Source of the DNA: an uncultured Nitrososphaerota archaeon
GTDB lineage: Archaea > Thermoproteota > Nitrososphaeria > Nitrososphaerales > Gagatemarchaeaceae
Length of the DNA stretch: 12,898 nucleotides
NCBI GenBank assembly: GCA_963718895.1
Contig: CAVRAG010000002.1
Span: 1 to 12,898 of the forward strand
Direction: 5' to 3'
Shown: piece by piece, positions 1-10,167 of the stretch
Numbering within the stretch: position 1 is the first letter of the stretch
Layout: each line of letters begins with the position of its first letter
Made by a program: the position numbers and the translations under genes
The notes under the pieces: model-generated
The model's input: the letters and a program-made list of their open reading frames with translations, nothing else
The model's database searches: none
Told to the model about the DNA's origin: nothing

Positions 1-494
1 CAGGTGTTGCCTCAGGTCTTGAAGGAGTGGCCCCACTTGGTGTACGTGAACATCGGCGTGGCCTACAACGATTCGTACGCACGCCTCCTCTCGGAGAAGG
101 TCGCTGCACTTGGCATAACGAGGTCCGTGAGGTTTCTACAGAACATTCCCCAGAACGATCTGGTTGCCCTGATAAACTCCGCTGATGCCTGCGTACACGC
201 CACGACGCGAGAAGGTTTCGGACTCGCGGTCGTCGAAGAGATGGCCTGCGGCAAGCCGGTCGTCGCTCTCAACAGGGACTCTATCCCCGAAATAATCGAT
301 AGCGGCACAGATGGGTTGCTCGTCGAAGCAGGAGATAGGGAGGGCCTCGAACGCTCGCTCCTTGAGACGCTGGGTAATCAGAGTCGAGCTAGGAGCCTTG
401 GCACTGCCGCAGAATGAAGGTGATGAAGAGGTTCACGTGGGACGAGACTGCTTCCTCGCTGGACCGAATCTACAGCCAGCTTTTCATCTCGTGA
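1..494 (+). CDS. GT4 (GT-B fold) glycosyltransferase, C-terminal part; 5' truncated by the window, frameshift near 410
   Basis: ORF 4..417 has the GT4 EX7E motif EGFGLAVVEEMACGKPVV, plus IPEII and GLLV. A frame change near 410 gives the typical tail RMKVMKRFTWDETASSLDRIYSQLFIS* ending TGA 492-494. Confidence 0.9.
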
Positions 495-586
495 CCTCGT
501 CTTCCAGCTAATCTAGCTCTTCAAGTAGTCTAGGGATCGAGCTCTGTCTTATCGCATAGAGAGCGGGGAAGATGGCGAGGAACGAC

Positions 587-1250
587 TCAGAAAGCTTTCG
601 AGTGCCTTCTCCAGCAGAGCAGCCAGACGAGTCCCCCGGCGTCTTTCCTCTCCTCGACCCGGAAGTTGAACTGGGACTCCAGTTCCCTTCGACACACTTC
701 TGTCGTGGCTTCTCCGTTGCTAAGCACGTGCGTCTCCACGAAAACTGACCGCAGAGAGGACGACAGCCCGCGGCCTTTCAAGACCTCGACCTCGTAGCCC
801 TCGCAGTCGATGACTAAAGAGGTGGGTGCTAGGTCAAACTTGAAATCGTCCAGGGAATGAGCCGGGTCGTCTGGACTCTGGAATACTCCCACCCGCACAA
901 CCCGCCTATAGAACTGACCGTGCTCTTGTGGCGTTGACCTTCAGTCCGACGTTGGACCTGTTCTCGGAACCGCAGCCCAGGTTGAAGGCGGTGACATTGG
1001 GGCACATCTTCGCAATAGTCGAAACTTGTCTGAAGTTCCTCTTGTCTGGCTCGAACGAATACACCCATCTCACGAGCATAGAGAGAAGGAGCGTCCCTCC
1101 ACCTTTGTTGGCACCAATCTCCACTACAACATCTGTCCCCGAGAGATGCCTCGCATAAAGTTGCGACGACGAAGGTTCGGGGCGAGGTAGGGTAAACAAG
1201 GGAAAGATGAATGGCTTCAGCCACCTGAAGGGAGCCCGAACATCAGGCAT
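587..1250 (-). CDS. FkbM-family SAM-dependent methyltransferase (frameshifts around 850-930)
   Basis: ORF 906..1250 has VVEIGANKG and VYSFEP. ORF 587..898 has LDDF and VIDCEGYEVEVLKG, then VFVETH. These are the FkbM motifs in the expected order; an intervening frame gives STVSSIGG...TTRLIP. Confidence 0.88.
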
Positions 1251-1277
1251 ATCACGTTATTGGTGAGTGTTGCATGG

Positions 1278-1311
1278 TAATTAAGACATCTAAGGTGAAA
1301 TCACATCACCT
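1278..1311 (-). promoter_or_regulatory. TATA-like box for the FkbM gene plus adjacent inverted repeat
   Basis: Minus-strand TTAATTA at 1278-1284, about 28 nt before ATG 1250. AGGTGA-N7-TCACCT at 1293-1311. Confidence 0.5.
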
Positions 1312-1440
1312 CCTTCACCCGTGTTTTTCGTCAGCCGAGAGGACTATGTTGATGTCTGAGGAGATGTGAGAGAGAAATGGAACGAAGGTCAAGAATCGGA
1401 CCGCTACAAGGCCGCAGCCTGTGTTCCTCACCAAGCCGCC

Positions 1441-1460
1441 GAAAACCAAGGAAAAGAACG
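1441..1460 (-). terminator. Possible oligo-T archaeal terminator after the large Tat protein gene
   Basis: Minus strand reads GTTCTTTTCCTTGGTTTTC just after the stop at 1465-1467. Confidence 0.35.
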
Positions 1461-1464
1461 ACGC

Positions 1465-4400
1465 TCACTGGGAGATGTAGATAATCCAGTCGTTGGGAGG
1501 TAGGTTCTGATTCACAGATGGATTGCCCGTTCCCTGAATGACCTGCTTAGAATTGTAGTCCTCCATGCTCCAGCTGGAGGAGTAACCATAGAAGGCTGAA
1601 GAGAGATTCACCTGGACTGGGGCTGCTCGCGGTGGCGTTGCTAAGCATCAGTCTCTTCTGACTTGGGTTCGCAGCAGAAGAGTTCAGGTGGATACCGATG
1701 CCGGAGAAGCCTCCTTGACCACCGGCGCTCAAGGGAGCAGCCCAACTGGTTCTCTTCACGTAGTTGGGGAGGTAGACGGCAGGGGCTGTCTGGCCGCCGA
1801 GCCAAAGGATGGCGTTCAGGGTTAGATATCCGAGACCCGATGCAAGACCATCGCAACCTCCGGCACTGTTCTCGTTCTTGCATCCGATTCCTTCCCCGTA
1901 GTACGATGAAGAGAGGGTCACGACCCTCCCCGCCCCGTATTGGTTGATCGTCCCATACCCTTTCGGCATCGCCGCGTCCAGGTCGGCCTGAGCGTATGGC
2001 AGGGTGATCGGGTGGCCGTACGGTATCGGGAACCGCCGTGGTGCCCACGCCGGTCAGGTCGTTCGGGCGCCCGAGCCGCTGTAGACGAGCAGATTGCCGC
2101 CGTCCTTCACGTACGCTCTGACCAGGTCGATGTCCGAGGCACGTTATCGGGGATTCCGTAAAGAACGTTGAAACTGCCGAGGGACGGATTTGCGAGCCCT
2201 ACTAAGTTCTGAACCTGGCCTTGCAGCGGGAGCTGCGAGTCCACTCCCCACTGGTGACAGACGAGCCCGAGCGCGGAGTAGGTATTCGGACTGTTGTAGT
2301 AGTGGTCGATGGTCAAGAAGCCGGATCTTGTCCTGCACGTAGCCGATACCAGCTCCCTATAGGTATCGTCCTGTAGAGAGCGCCAAAGTGACCCCAAGCC
2401 GTAGTCGTCGTCTGAGTCTGGATCGCGCGAAGCTTGCGGTGTCCGCTTCCATCATGGGATAGGTCGAGAAGAACGGAACTACCGAATTCCAGAAAGCCAA
2501 GACCGTCGCCGGCGTCGCGACCCCAACTAGCTGCTGGCTCCAGAATTGGAACTGTTGTCGAGCGGGTTGCAGAAATTGAAGTAGGGAATGCACAGCTGCT
2601 CACCCCCACTAGCCTGTAGCGCCGCGAAGGACGTAGTCGCACCCGGATCCCATCGTCTCAAGAGATGAATTGTAGTACGACGGGAATTCTGCCAAGTCAG
2701 CTATGGGGATGGCTGTCCTCGCAAAGGCATACGGAGTTCTCTGCAGTACGCTCTGAAGACAAGCCGCCTCGATGGCCGCATTTGCCGTGGCCATGTAGGA
2801 CTCGAAGCTAGAGACTGGCCGCCGGCTCTGTGGTAGGTCGTGACATCGGTTGCCATTTGACGGTCGGGATTATCCCGGTTCCCGGTATGGCGGCGCCCTG
2901 GAGTCGACCGAGACCGTGACCTGTCCCTGATAGTTCGCAGACTGTCCCCTGAAGAGACCACAGCACGCAAGGGCTCCCATCGGAGAGTGGGTCCCGTTCG
3001 CCGTCGTATCTCCCAGATAGAAACCCAGGGGGCTGTTCACATACCTGACATACGAATTCATGTTGTGGCCGCCGTTCGCCCCTTGAGCCCCGCCATAGTT
3101 CACCCCGTGGTCGGACTGAATCCAACCTGCGATACCGGCGAGGTTCTTCAGCCCGACCTTCTTGGTCGATCTGATTGTAGAGTTGCACCCAGAGTCCGCA
3201 GATACTCGGGGGCGTCGATGACAACTCCATTGATCCCATAGGAGCTCGCCGCGGTGAACTTGCCGTTCGCAAGTAGTACTCCTGTTCGTTGGGATAGAGC
3301 TTCGCGGCGTTGAAGACGAACCCGGTGTTGTAGCCCCATCCGTCCAGAGGCCCGAGCACCACTCCCCCCACCGACTGCCAGCCAGCGATCTGGGCGGCCA
3401 GATCTGAAGTGTATCCGTCGCTGCCATCTTGCCAGGGATAGACGCCAAACCCGCCGACCGAAGAGTAGTAGTTGATTGCGGCTTGAAGTGAAGAGAAGGG
3501 TGCGAAACCGATTGGAGGGGCTCCCCATAGGCCACCAGTCCGCACGTGGTCATCCCGTGGGCAAGGAGGATTTGATTGTAGGCGAAGTGACGGGGAGATG
3601 AAGAGGTCGACGTCGTTGTGGTGCTGCTCGAGGTCGCAATCGATGGTCGCTACCAAGTGCTCGTGGTGGTACCGCCGCCGTAGTGGCGCTCGACGTCGTG
3701 CTGGAAGTTGCTGTATTAAACTTCCCGGTCGAATATCCAATCTGGAAGTTGATCGCACAGGGACCAGATACGCGGGCTTCCAGAGACCCCCGAGTCGCTG
3801 GAAACCAGAGTGTCAAAGCCGACCGGGTTCCCTTGGTCGATGCCCTGGGGGCCGTACCTGAACCAGTAGTACGTCAGAGGGACCGACGCGGCGTTCCCGC
3901 TGGCGGAGAGACTACTAACCAGTATTTTGTCCCCGCTTGAAGGACGGGATTCGAACCGCTCACGGGAACGTAGTGTGCTGAGTAGAAGTAGATGTAGGGG
4001 CTTCCATATGTCCCCTGGGCGATGGGCTGACCCATAATGGCGCCCTGGCCGTTGTCGGCATAGATCGAGACGGTGACATTGCTGGAGACCCCGCTGAGCC
4101 TGACACAGTTCACCGTCCCCTTGGACGGAGCCACGAAGGGCTGTGCGACGAGACTGATGGTGTTCACGGGCAAGGGTGAGCCTGGACGACGGGGTTCCCT
4201 AGCGCTTCGGCGGTCGTGAACACCTTGAAGGCCCAGTCAGTCGGACCTTCGGCACAGTACTTCCACGAGAGCCGTTCCGTGGGTCGAGACAATAGCCCCT
4301 GAAGGGGCTCACCATGCGCATGAGCGGAACGTTGAGGGTGCTTGACGCGGTGGAAGGACGACCCAGTAGTTGCCCCCGCCACCACGGGGAGGCTGAACCC

Positions 4401-5785
4401 CTTGGCATCGAGGTAACCCTGCTGGGGGATTGCGCCCGAGTCGAGGGTGAGGAAGCGAGCGAAGCGCCGGGGGCGACTCCAAGCGTTGCTCCGTAGGCGG
4501 GATTGTCGCTATAGAAGGAGACCGTAAAGGGCTGCCGGGAGATAGAATTGCCCTGTTGGGGAATTGTTCCAGACCTCGCATTGAACCTCGGTCAGCGTGC
4601 CGTATTGGTGGGAGAGAATCTGACCGCTGCTTGCCTGGAAGAATTGACGGCATCTTCACCGCCCGCGCCGAAGGGCCCGGGTAGTCGGTGTGCCCGACAA
4701 CGAGCTGCGTGTTCACCAGCTGATACCACGGGGAGTGAGCCTGACCCTGGAAACCCAGCGTCGAGGGGTTGACATTGTTGCCCCTGAACAGGACTCCATA
4801 GGCATACCCGGGTTCGTTCAGCGCTATCTGATATTGATGACCCGGATTCGTGGTCACCACGTTGTCCAGAGTGAACGGAAGCAGTCCCTGCTGTCCGTGC
4901 GAATTCGCGAGCTGGGTCGCAGCCGCCGTGCCCAGAGAGCTTCCCGGCCGTAATGTCTGTGACGGTGAAGCTCCCCTGATAGCCGGGGGTCGTCTGGTGC
5001 ATGTCGGAGAGCCAGGGAGAGACGGTCTTGAAAGAGAACGTGCTGTCGGCGGTGAACGTCAGGGTCGACCCTGGTCCTGTGTTCCAGGGGTGAAGGGGAG
5101 GGTCACGACCTCAGGAGCCGGTCTGATCAGGACCCTCAGCAGGACGAGCCCGTGTTGCCCATGGAATACTGGGACGATGCTGTAGTTCGCGACGCGTTAA
5201 CGTCCCACCAGTTGGGGGTTGCGTCGTTGATCCAGATGTTGTAGTAGTTGGCCGAGTTGCTGTTCTGCGCGGAGAGCGAAACCGTGTAGACGCTCCCCGA
5301 GCGAGGGGCTTGGTAAGGGTGACCGCGATGGGCGGGGTCCACCCCTGTCCCCGACCGACGAGGCGCGATGGTCCCAGAGCCCAGGTGTTGCCGCGGGATC
5401 CTTGATGGTCACGACAAGGGGACCAGGACTGCCGACCACAGAAGCGTAGAATATGCTTACGCCCGTCGCCGGAGAGGGCATAGTGAAGCTCTGACAGAAT
5501 CCGTAGGTGCCAGAGGACGGGGTGAACACCTTGCCGCTACCGGAGTCTTGCGGCGTGAACGTCCACAGGGGTATCAGCGGGCTATTCCTGCCCGAGGGGT
5601 ATGCCGGCAAAGAGGGACGGGAAGAAACTCGGGTCGAAGAGCTCGACAATTGCCGTGGAAAACTGGCACTACCTACAAGCACCGCGCCGACCCCCTAGCG
5701 CGAGCACGCCCTCGACGAACGCCCTCCTGGAGATTCGTCGACCGCTATGGGGCTTCTCTCCGGGGGCGACTTCTCTCTCGGTCAT
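1465..5785 (-). CDS. Large (~1,440 aa) twin-arginine-signal secreted multidomain protein: four beta-sandwich-like repeats, Ser/Thr linker, putative carbohydrate-active C-terminal half; many frameshifts
   Basis: ATG 5785 follows GAGGT (5793-5797). N-terminus MTEREVAPGEKPHSGRRISRRAFVEGVLALG-VGAVLVGSA has a Tat motif and h-region. Protein-like Tyr/Trp/Gly/Asn-rich segments continue through ORFs 5197..5682, 5136..5342, 4592..5002, 4309..4860, 3874..4173, 2808..3758, 2870..3553, 2609..2794, 2357..2593, 2107..2397 and 1547..1969, ending ...NLPPNDWIIYISQ* at 1465. It could be two genes. Confidence 0.7.
3590..3717 (-). repeat. Low-complexity Ser/Thr linker coding region
   Basis: Stitched translation NTATSSTTSSATT...TTTST...ATSSSTTTTSTSSSP. 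Confidence 0.75.
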
Positions 5786-6096
5786 GCTCCATACCTCTTG
5801 ACTGTGGCTGATTCGCATCTCTCGGATTCTAGGCGGCTTCCGGATAGTGGGAGAAGGTGCAAGTATTGGGTGTTCGTTGGAATCAAAGTTTCTCTCGGCG
5901 GTGCTTACACTTTCCATGGGGTTATTTAGCTACAGCTGTGCTTTCTCTCAATTGAGAACCACCGCGTTTTGGTCGGACCGCGGGCGACGAATGCACCGAA
6001 CTGGGATTAAATCGCTCCTCTCCCGAAGTTCTTGCTGATTCTCCTTTGGTTTCACCTCAATCTGACACATGTTCAACCTGGCTCACGAAACACTAT

Positions 6097-6117
6097 ACGT
6101 AATATAAATTTTAAATA
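6097..6117 (+). promoter_or_regulatory. Archaeal TATA box for the 6141 gene (probably leaderless)
   Basis: TTTAAATA at 6110-6117, about 24 nt before GTG 6141, in an AT-rich island within GC-rich DNA. Confidence 0.7.
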
Positions 6118-6140
6118 ACCTTAAATTCATTGACTGAGCC

Positions 6141-7722
6141 GTGAAGGTCCGCTACAGAATCCTCTCGGCGGGGATGGCGCTTCTCCTCGTAATCTCTGCT
6201 GCTCTCGGCGGAGGAATCGAACTCGCCGCCGCAGCAACTTCTCATGCAGCCCTCGACGGTAGCGCCTCGACAGGATGCGGATATGTTACCTCTTGCTCCG
6301 CATCGCTGACAACAACGAATCCTTCGGACGTCATCATAGTTGGGTGCGATTGCCTTGGCGGAGACACATGGTCAGTAAGAGACACCGCCGGCCTGACATT
6401 CACATCTAGGACAGGTCAAATTGCCATAGGGGGAAATCAGTGGGTGGAGACTTGGTATGCTATCTCGCCAAACGTCCTAAGGGGGGATAGCATGGCCATC
6501 CAGACGACATCAAACGGGGAGACATGGTATGGCGTCGTGGCCTTCGCCATCTCCGGGGCGAACACTGCCCAGCCTTTCGCGGCAGGACCTCCCATAGCCC
6601 AGGCGAACGTCAAAGGCTGTGGCAGTCCCTGTAACACAGGAGTCTTTGCACCTGCAGGTTCCTTCGTGTTCCAAGTGGGCGGCGATACAGGATCCAAAGT
6701 CCAGAGTGCAGGACCTGGAATGACGCTGATACAATCGTCCCGATCGGGGCAGGATGCATACGCTCAATATGAGGTCCCTTCTGCCCCAATGTCTGGAGCT
6801 CTTCTCTCGTTCGGCACCGCCCAAGGCAGCGACTTTGGGGCCATCGTCGATGCCATCAATGCAGCATCATCAACGAGCTTCTTCGACTTCGTCCGGAGCT
6901 TCGAGCACTTCAAGCTCATCGAGCACTTCGATGAGTTCCTCCTCTTCATCCACGACCGGTTCCGGATCGAATTCGGCTTCGACATCTTCGAGCACAACTT
7001 CGCAGACTACGACCTCGAGGTCGTCATCAACATACACTACCACCACAGGAACCACAACCACCTCGACAACCTCGTCAGCTGGGAGGGGAACCCCAGGGAA
7101 TGGGGTGTTTTACTTAGGAGCGATGTCGACGGGTTCGTCCGCACTACCCAACGCCGGCGCCCGCAGCTCCATCCAGGTCCAGGCCTTCGACGTTCCCGTT
7201 GGCTGTGTATCTTTCTGGGTGAGTGACGATTCAGCCAGTAACCTCTGGATGCAGGTAGGCTATTACATCTGCTACGGCTCGGTCCCGATGGTCTTCACCC
7301 AGGTCTGGAATCTTGCAACTGACACCTTTGTGTACGGAAACATCCTGAGTTCAGCTCCGACGTCGGGAGTCCACCAGTTCGCGGTCTCCGTCCAGTCTGG
7401 CACCACATGGGTGGCTACGTACGACGGGACCATCGTTGGAAGCTACAACCTAGGGGCGTCCGTGTCCTCATCGTCCTACCCAGTCTATGCGCTGTCGGAG
7501 GAGAACAGTTTGGCCGCACCGATAAACATCCCGACGACAAGCTTCCCTGTGGCGATTCAGGTCCGGGTGAACGGTATCTGGGGTGACCCAGCATCGGTCA
7601 GCGTCTACAACTACGGAGGAGCCTGGGGGCTCCGGGGACCCGGCCAGAATCCACTGATGGCAGCGGACAGCTTCATCGTCGGAGGGTCTCTCCTGAGCCC
7701 ACCCAACGGTTCACCGCTTTGA
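6141..7722 (+). CDS. Secreted protein (~525 aa): signal peptide, beta-rich domain, Ser/Thr linker, G1/neprosin-like glutamic-peptidase-like domain; one frameshift near 6879
   Basis: Signal peptide MKVRYRILSAGMALLLVISAALGGG. ORF 6141..7226 is protein-like to DAINAASSTS, and removing one base near 6879 joins it to the Ser/Thr run and C-terminal domain of ORF 6754..7722 (FWVSDD...LWMQVGY, YALSEEN). Confidence 0.75.
6864..7080 (+). repeat. Low-complexity Ser/Thr linker (~70 aa)
   Basis: SSTSSSTSSGASSTSSSSSTSMSSSSSSTTGSGSNSASTSSSTTSQTTTSRSSSTYTTTTGTTTTSTTSS, with TCGAGCACTTC-type DNA repeats. Confidence 0.85.
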
Positions 7723-7783
7723 GGGCTAGGAAGCAAAGGACCTTCGTCCGGGCGCGGGATTCGAATGGCCGCTCAGCAATTAA

Positions 7784-7813
7784 CTATTTATGTGACGTTT
7801 ATAATTTAAATAG
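7784..7813 (+). promoter_or_regulatory. TATA box of the wHTH gene overlapped by an inverted repeat
   Basis: TTTAAATA at 7805-7812, about 24 nt before ATG 7836. CTATTTA (7784-7790) and TAAATAG (7807-7813) are inverted repeats. Confidence 0.65.
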
Positions 7814-7835
7814 ATTGGCTACACCGGACCTTCCG

Positions 7836-8340
7836 ATGAGCGCAAGCGACCTAGACCTTGGGGGCGGGCTCAAGCTGGCACGTCTGCTCAAGAAGGGATA
7901 CACCGGCTACTTCGAAGGCCGCACCTTCCGAATCCTGCAAGGAGGCACCGTTGTGAACTCGTTCAGCGAGTCTCAGGGAAAGATAGTGACCGAGCTCAGG
8001 CAGAAGAACGCAATGACACCGACTCAAATCTCGGATGTTGTCGGGTCGACCCCGGCGGCCGTAATTTACAACCTCAAACCTCTGATAAGGGCGGGGGTAG
8101 TGGAGAGACGCGCCTCTTCCTGGTGGGACGGTCTTCTATGTTCTCTGCTGGGATGTGGGCGTAGACCTCTCCCCCACACTCAAGGCCAGGATTCAGCCAG
8201 ACGTCTCTAGGATGGGAGGCTGGTCGGAGCTGGCGGGCGTTCCCATGGGGGTCCTCAGGAAGGAACTTGTCTACCTGTCCGAAGACGAGTTCCTTGAGGT
8301 CATGAGGTACCTGGTCTCGGCGAAGAACCTTGCTAGCTGA
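7836..8340 (+). CDS. Winged helix-turn-helix transcriptional regulator (ArsR/MarR-like), frameshift near 8110
   Basis: KIVTELRQKNAMTPTQISDVVGSTPAAVIYNLKPLIRAGVVERR is an HTH plus wing start. A frame change gives PLPGGTVFYVL (wing) and continues into ORF 8155..8340. Confidence 0.75.
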
Positions 8341-8878
8341 CCGAGAAGTGGCCCTACGGCTGGCTGTCGACAGGGACCTCGACAGGAAGCTTAGGATTAC
8401 GAGCGGCTCGCGATTCTTCTGGGTCTACTCGCTCTCGCTCTGGGATCCCGACGCCTTCTGGAAGTGCACTTCAGGGGCATCTACCTTCGCCCTGGTGTGG
8501 CTAACGCTGGAGAGGTTCGTGCCTGGCGGCTTCTCGTCGGCGCCCCTGACCGCGATGGCCTTCTTCGAGTGGTTCCTGCTCGGCCTCATCCTGATGTGGG
8601 TGTACAGTCTCGGACCGTGGCTACACCCGACGAACCTCGCAGTGATCTTCACCTTCATCTTCAGCCTGTACAGGAACAACAAGACGCTCGATGACCTGAG
8701 CCCGAAGGAACTCAACGACCTGTTCCCTGAGAAGGGAGACCCAGCGGAGACGCCCAAGGCGCAAGCCCTGCTCTGGGGGCTCTACACCCGGATCAAGGGA
8801 TTCCCTGTAATCGGGTCGTTGGTGCTTGGGTCCACATTTGCTGCGCTGCTGGTCGCGCTCCTTCTGATAGCGTCCTAG
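8330..8878 (+). CDS. Hypothetical integral membrane protein (about 4 hydrophobic segments)
   Basis: Intact 182-aa ORF with a TTG start overlapping the wHTH stop. Hydrophobic stretches include AMAFFEWFLLGLILMWVY, LAVIFTFIFSLY and VIGSLVLGSTFAALLVALLLIA. Confidence 0.7.
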   Translation: MLADREVALRLAVDRDLDRKLRITSGSRFFWVYSLSLWDPDAFWKCTSGASTFALVWLTLERFVPGGFSSAPLTAMAFFEWFLLGLILMWVYSLGPWLHPTNLAVIFTFIFSLYRNNKTLDDLSPKELNDLFPEKGDPAETPKAQALLWGLYTRIKGFPVIGSLVLGSTFAALLVALLLIAS

Positions 8879-9003
8879 CCAGCCGCGCTAAACCTAAAGA
8901 GTACCCACGAGCGGAACCCTGAAATTCGCGCTCCGGAGGTCTCATGATGAGACGAAAGGACAACGCTCCGACACCAACTAAGCTGTACTCGAGGAGATAG
9001 GAC

Positions 9004-10159
9004 TTGCTCTTGAGACTCCTGAATAGTGACTTTTGACCCGCCGCAGAACATAGGAGGAGTTGAGGGCAGGGTCAAGGCTACGTGACGGAGCTCATGAAGC
9101 AGCGGGAGATTTGTCGAGGTCGAGACCCTTGCGCCAGGCTACAGGTTCACGGACGAGACCTTCTCCGGGATTCCCTCCTTCACAAGTGCCCCTCGGGCTC
9201 GAGCGCGCTCCCCCGTTCCTTCCGCTACACCCTCAAACTCATCAGCAGGGATTCAATCGACTCGGTCTTTCTCCTGAGCGGTGGAATCACCCTCTTCGGG
9301 AACATCCTGCTCCTCTACTGCAGAGTGCGGAAGAAGAGGGGACCGCGATGCTCCTCACGACGAAGGACATCCTTCAAGCCCCGCAAGAGCTCCCTGGGGA
9401 AGGTACTCCTGCTCACTCTTCTCAGCTCCTGGCGAACCGGATAGCAACGAACTCACGGTTCACCGCCTCGCTTCTGCCCCGCTCTCCCAAAGCAAGGTCG
9501 GGCTCCTCTATCCGAGCGTCAATCCCGAACTGCACGGAGCCGCGCCCGTAAGGAGGAGGCCCCCAACCGCTGGAGGCAGGATACTCTTCGTGGGGAGACT
9601 GGTCGAAAAGAAGGGGGTCGACGACCTGATAAACTCGGTTCGATGTCCTGTCCGCCGCGATTTCCCGGCGGCCCGGCTTGAGATAGTCGGAGGAACGGCC
9701 CTGAGATGCCCAAGCTCACGGGAGCTCGTCCGGAGGGCTCGGCCTGGTCGATAGGGTGAGGTTCTATGGCAGTCTGAGGGGCGAGGCCCTGTACAGAGTT
9801 ATGGAAGAGTGCGACCTCGTCGCGATGGCACATCGAAGACGATCCGCGGCGACGTAGAGGGCTTTGGGACCGTCTTTCTGGAAGCCGGCCTGATGGGGGC
9901 TGGTCCTTCATCAGCACCTCTACAGGAGGGATTCCCGAGGCCGTGACCGACGGAGGTCAGCGGGGTGCTCTTGGTCAAAGAGGGGAACGCCGATGAGCTG
10001 ACGGCGGCACTGCAGCGCTTTCCTCTCGGGGACCAGAGCCTCAGAGGAGCAACTCGGCAGGAGAATGCGAGGGCTGGCGGGTCCTGCGGTGACTTCACCT
10101 CGGGACGTTACGACGACTCAGCTCGAGAGAATTCTTTGATAACTGACCGCAGTGGCTGA
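9004..10159 (+). CDS. GT4 glycosyltransferase, heavily frameshifted
   Basis: GAGGAG at 8991-8996 precedes TTG 9004/9010. Stitched N-terminus LRLLIVTFDPPQNIGGVEGRV; ILFVGRLVEKKGVDDLI near 9581-9630; VEGFGTVFLEAGLMG (EX7E) near 9853-9898; GGIPEAV; GVLLVKEGNADEL. The exact stop is uncertain. Confidence 0.85.
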
Positions 10160-10167
10160 ACTAAAGA

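Noticed and set aside
3940-3963. Minus-strand GGTTCGAATCCC tRNA-like motif
   Set aside because: It lies in frame within the Tat protein (VSGSNPVL) with no other tRNA arms.
1663-5929. Numerous plus-strand ORFs of 60-147 aa
   Set aside because: They are antisense to the large Tat gene, mostly Arg/Pro/Gly-rich, and lack motifs or promoters.
6880-7075. Recurring TCGAGCAC/TCGAC units suggesting a CRISPR or tandem DNA repeat
   Set aside because: The units are short, irregularly spaced and explained by Ser-Ser-Thr codons; there is no repeat-spacer structure.
6764-7226. Alternative-frame ORFs over the Ser/Thr linker (FFDFVRSFEHF... tail; minus ORFs 6764..6997 and 6870..7061)
   Set aside because: These are shadow translations of low-complexity Ser/Thr codons.
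7745-7772. Minus-strand TTCGAATCCCGCGCCC resembling a tRNA T-loop or att remnant
   Set aside because: The bases 5' of the loop (GGCCA) cannot form the T-stem, there is no cloverleaf, and no integrase is nearby.
7719-7835. N-terminal extension of the wHTH ORF in the ORF track
   Set aside because: It runs through the AT-rich promoter; ATG 7836 fits the TATA spacing.
8800-8878. C-terminal hydrophobic helix of the membrane protein as a second sortase signal
   Set aside because: There is no PxF-like motif in the right place, no basic cluster after the helix, and no signal peptide.
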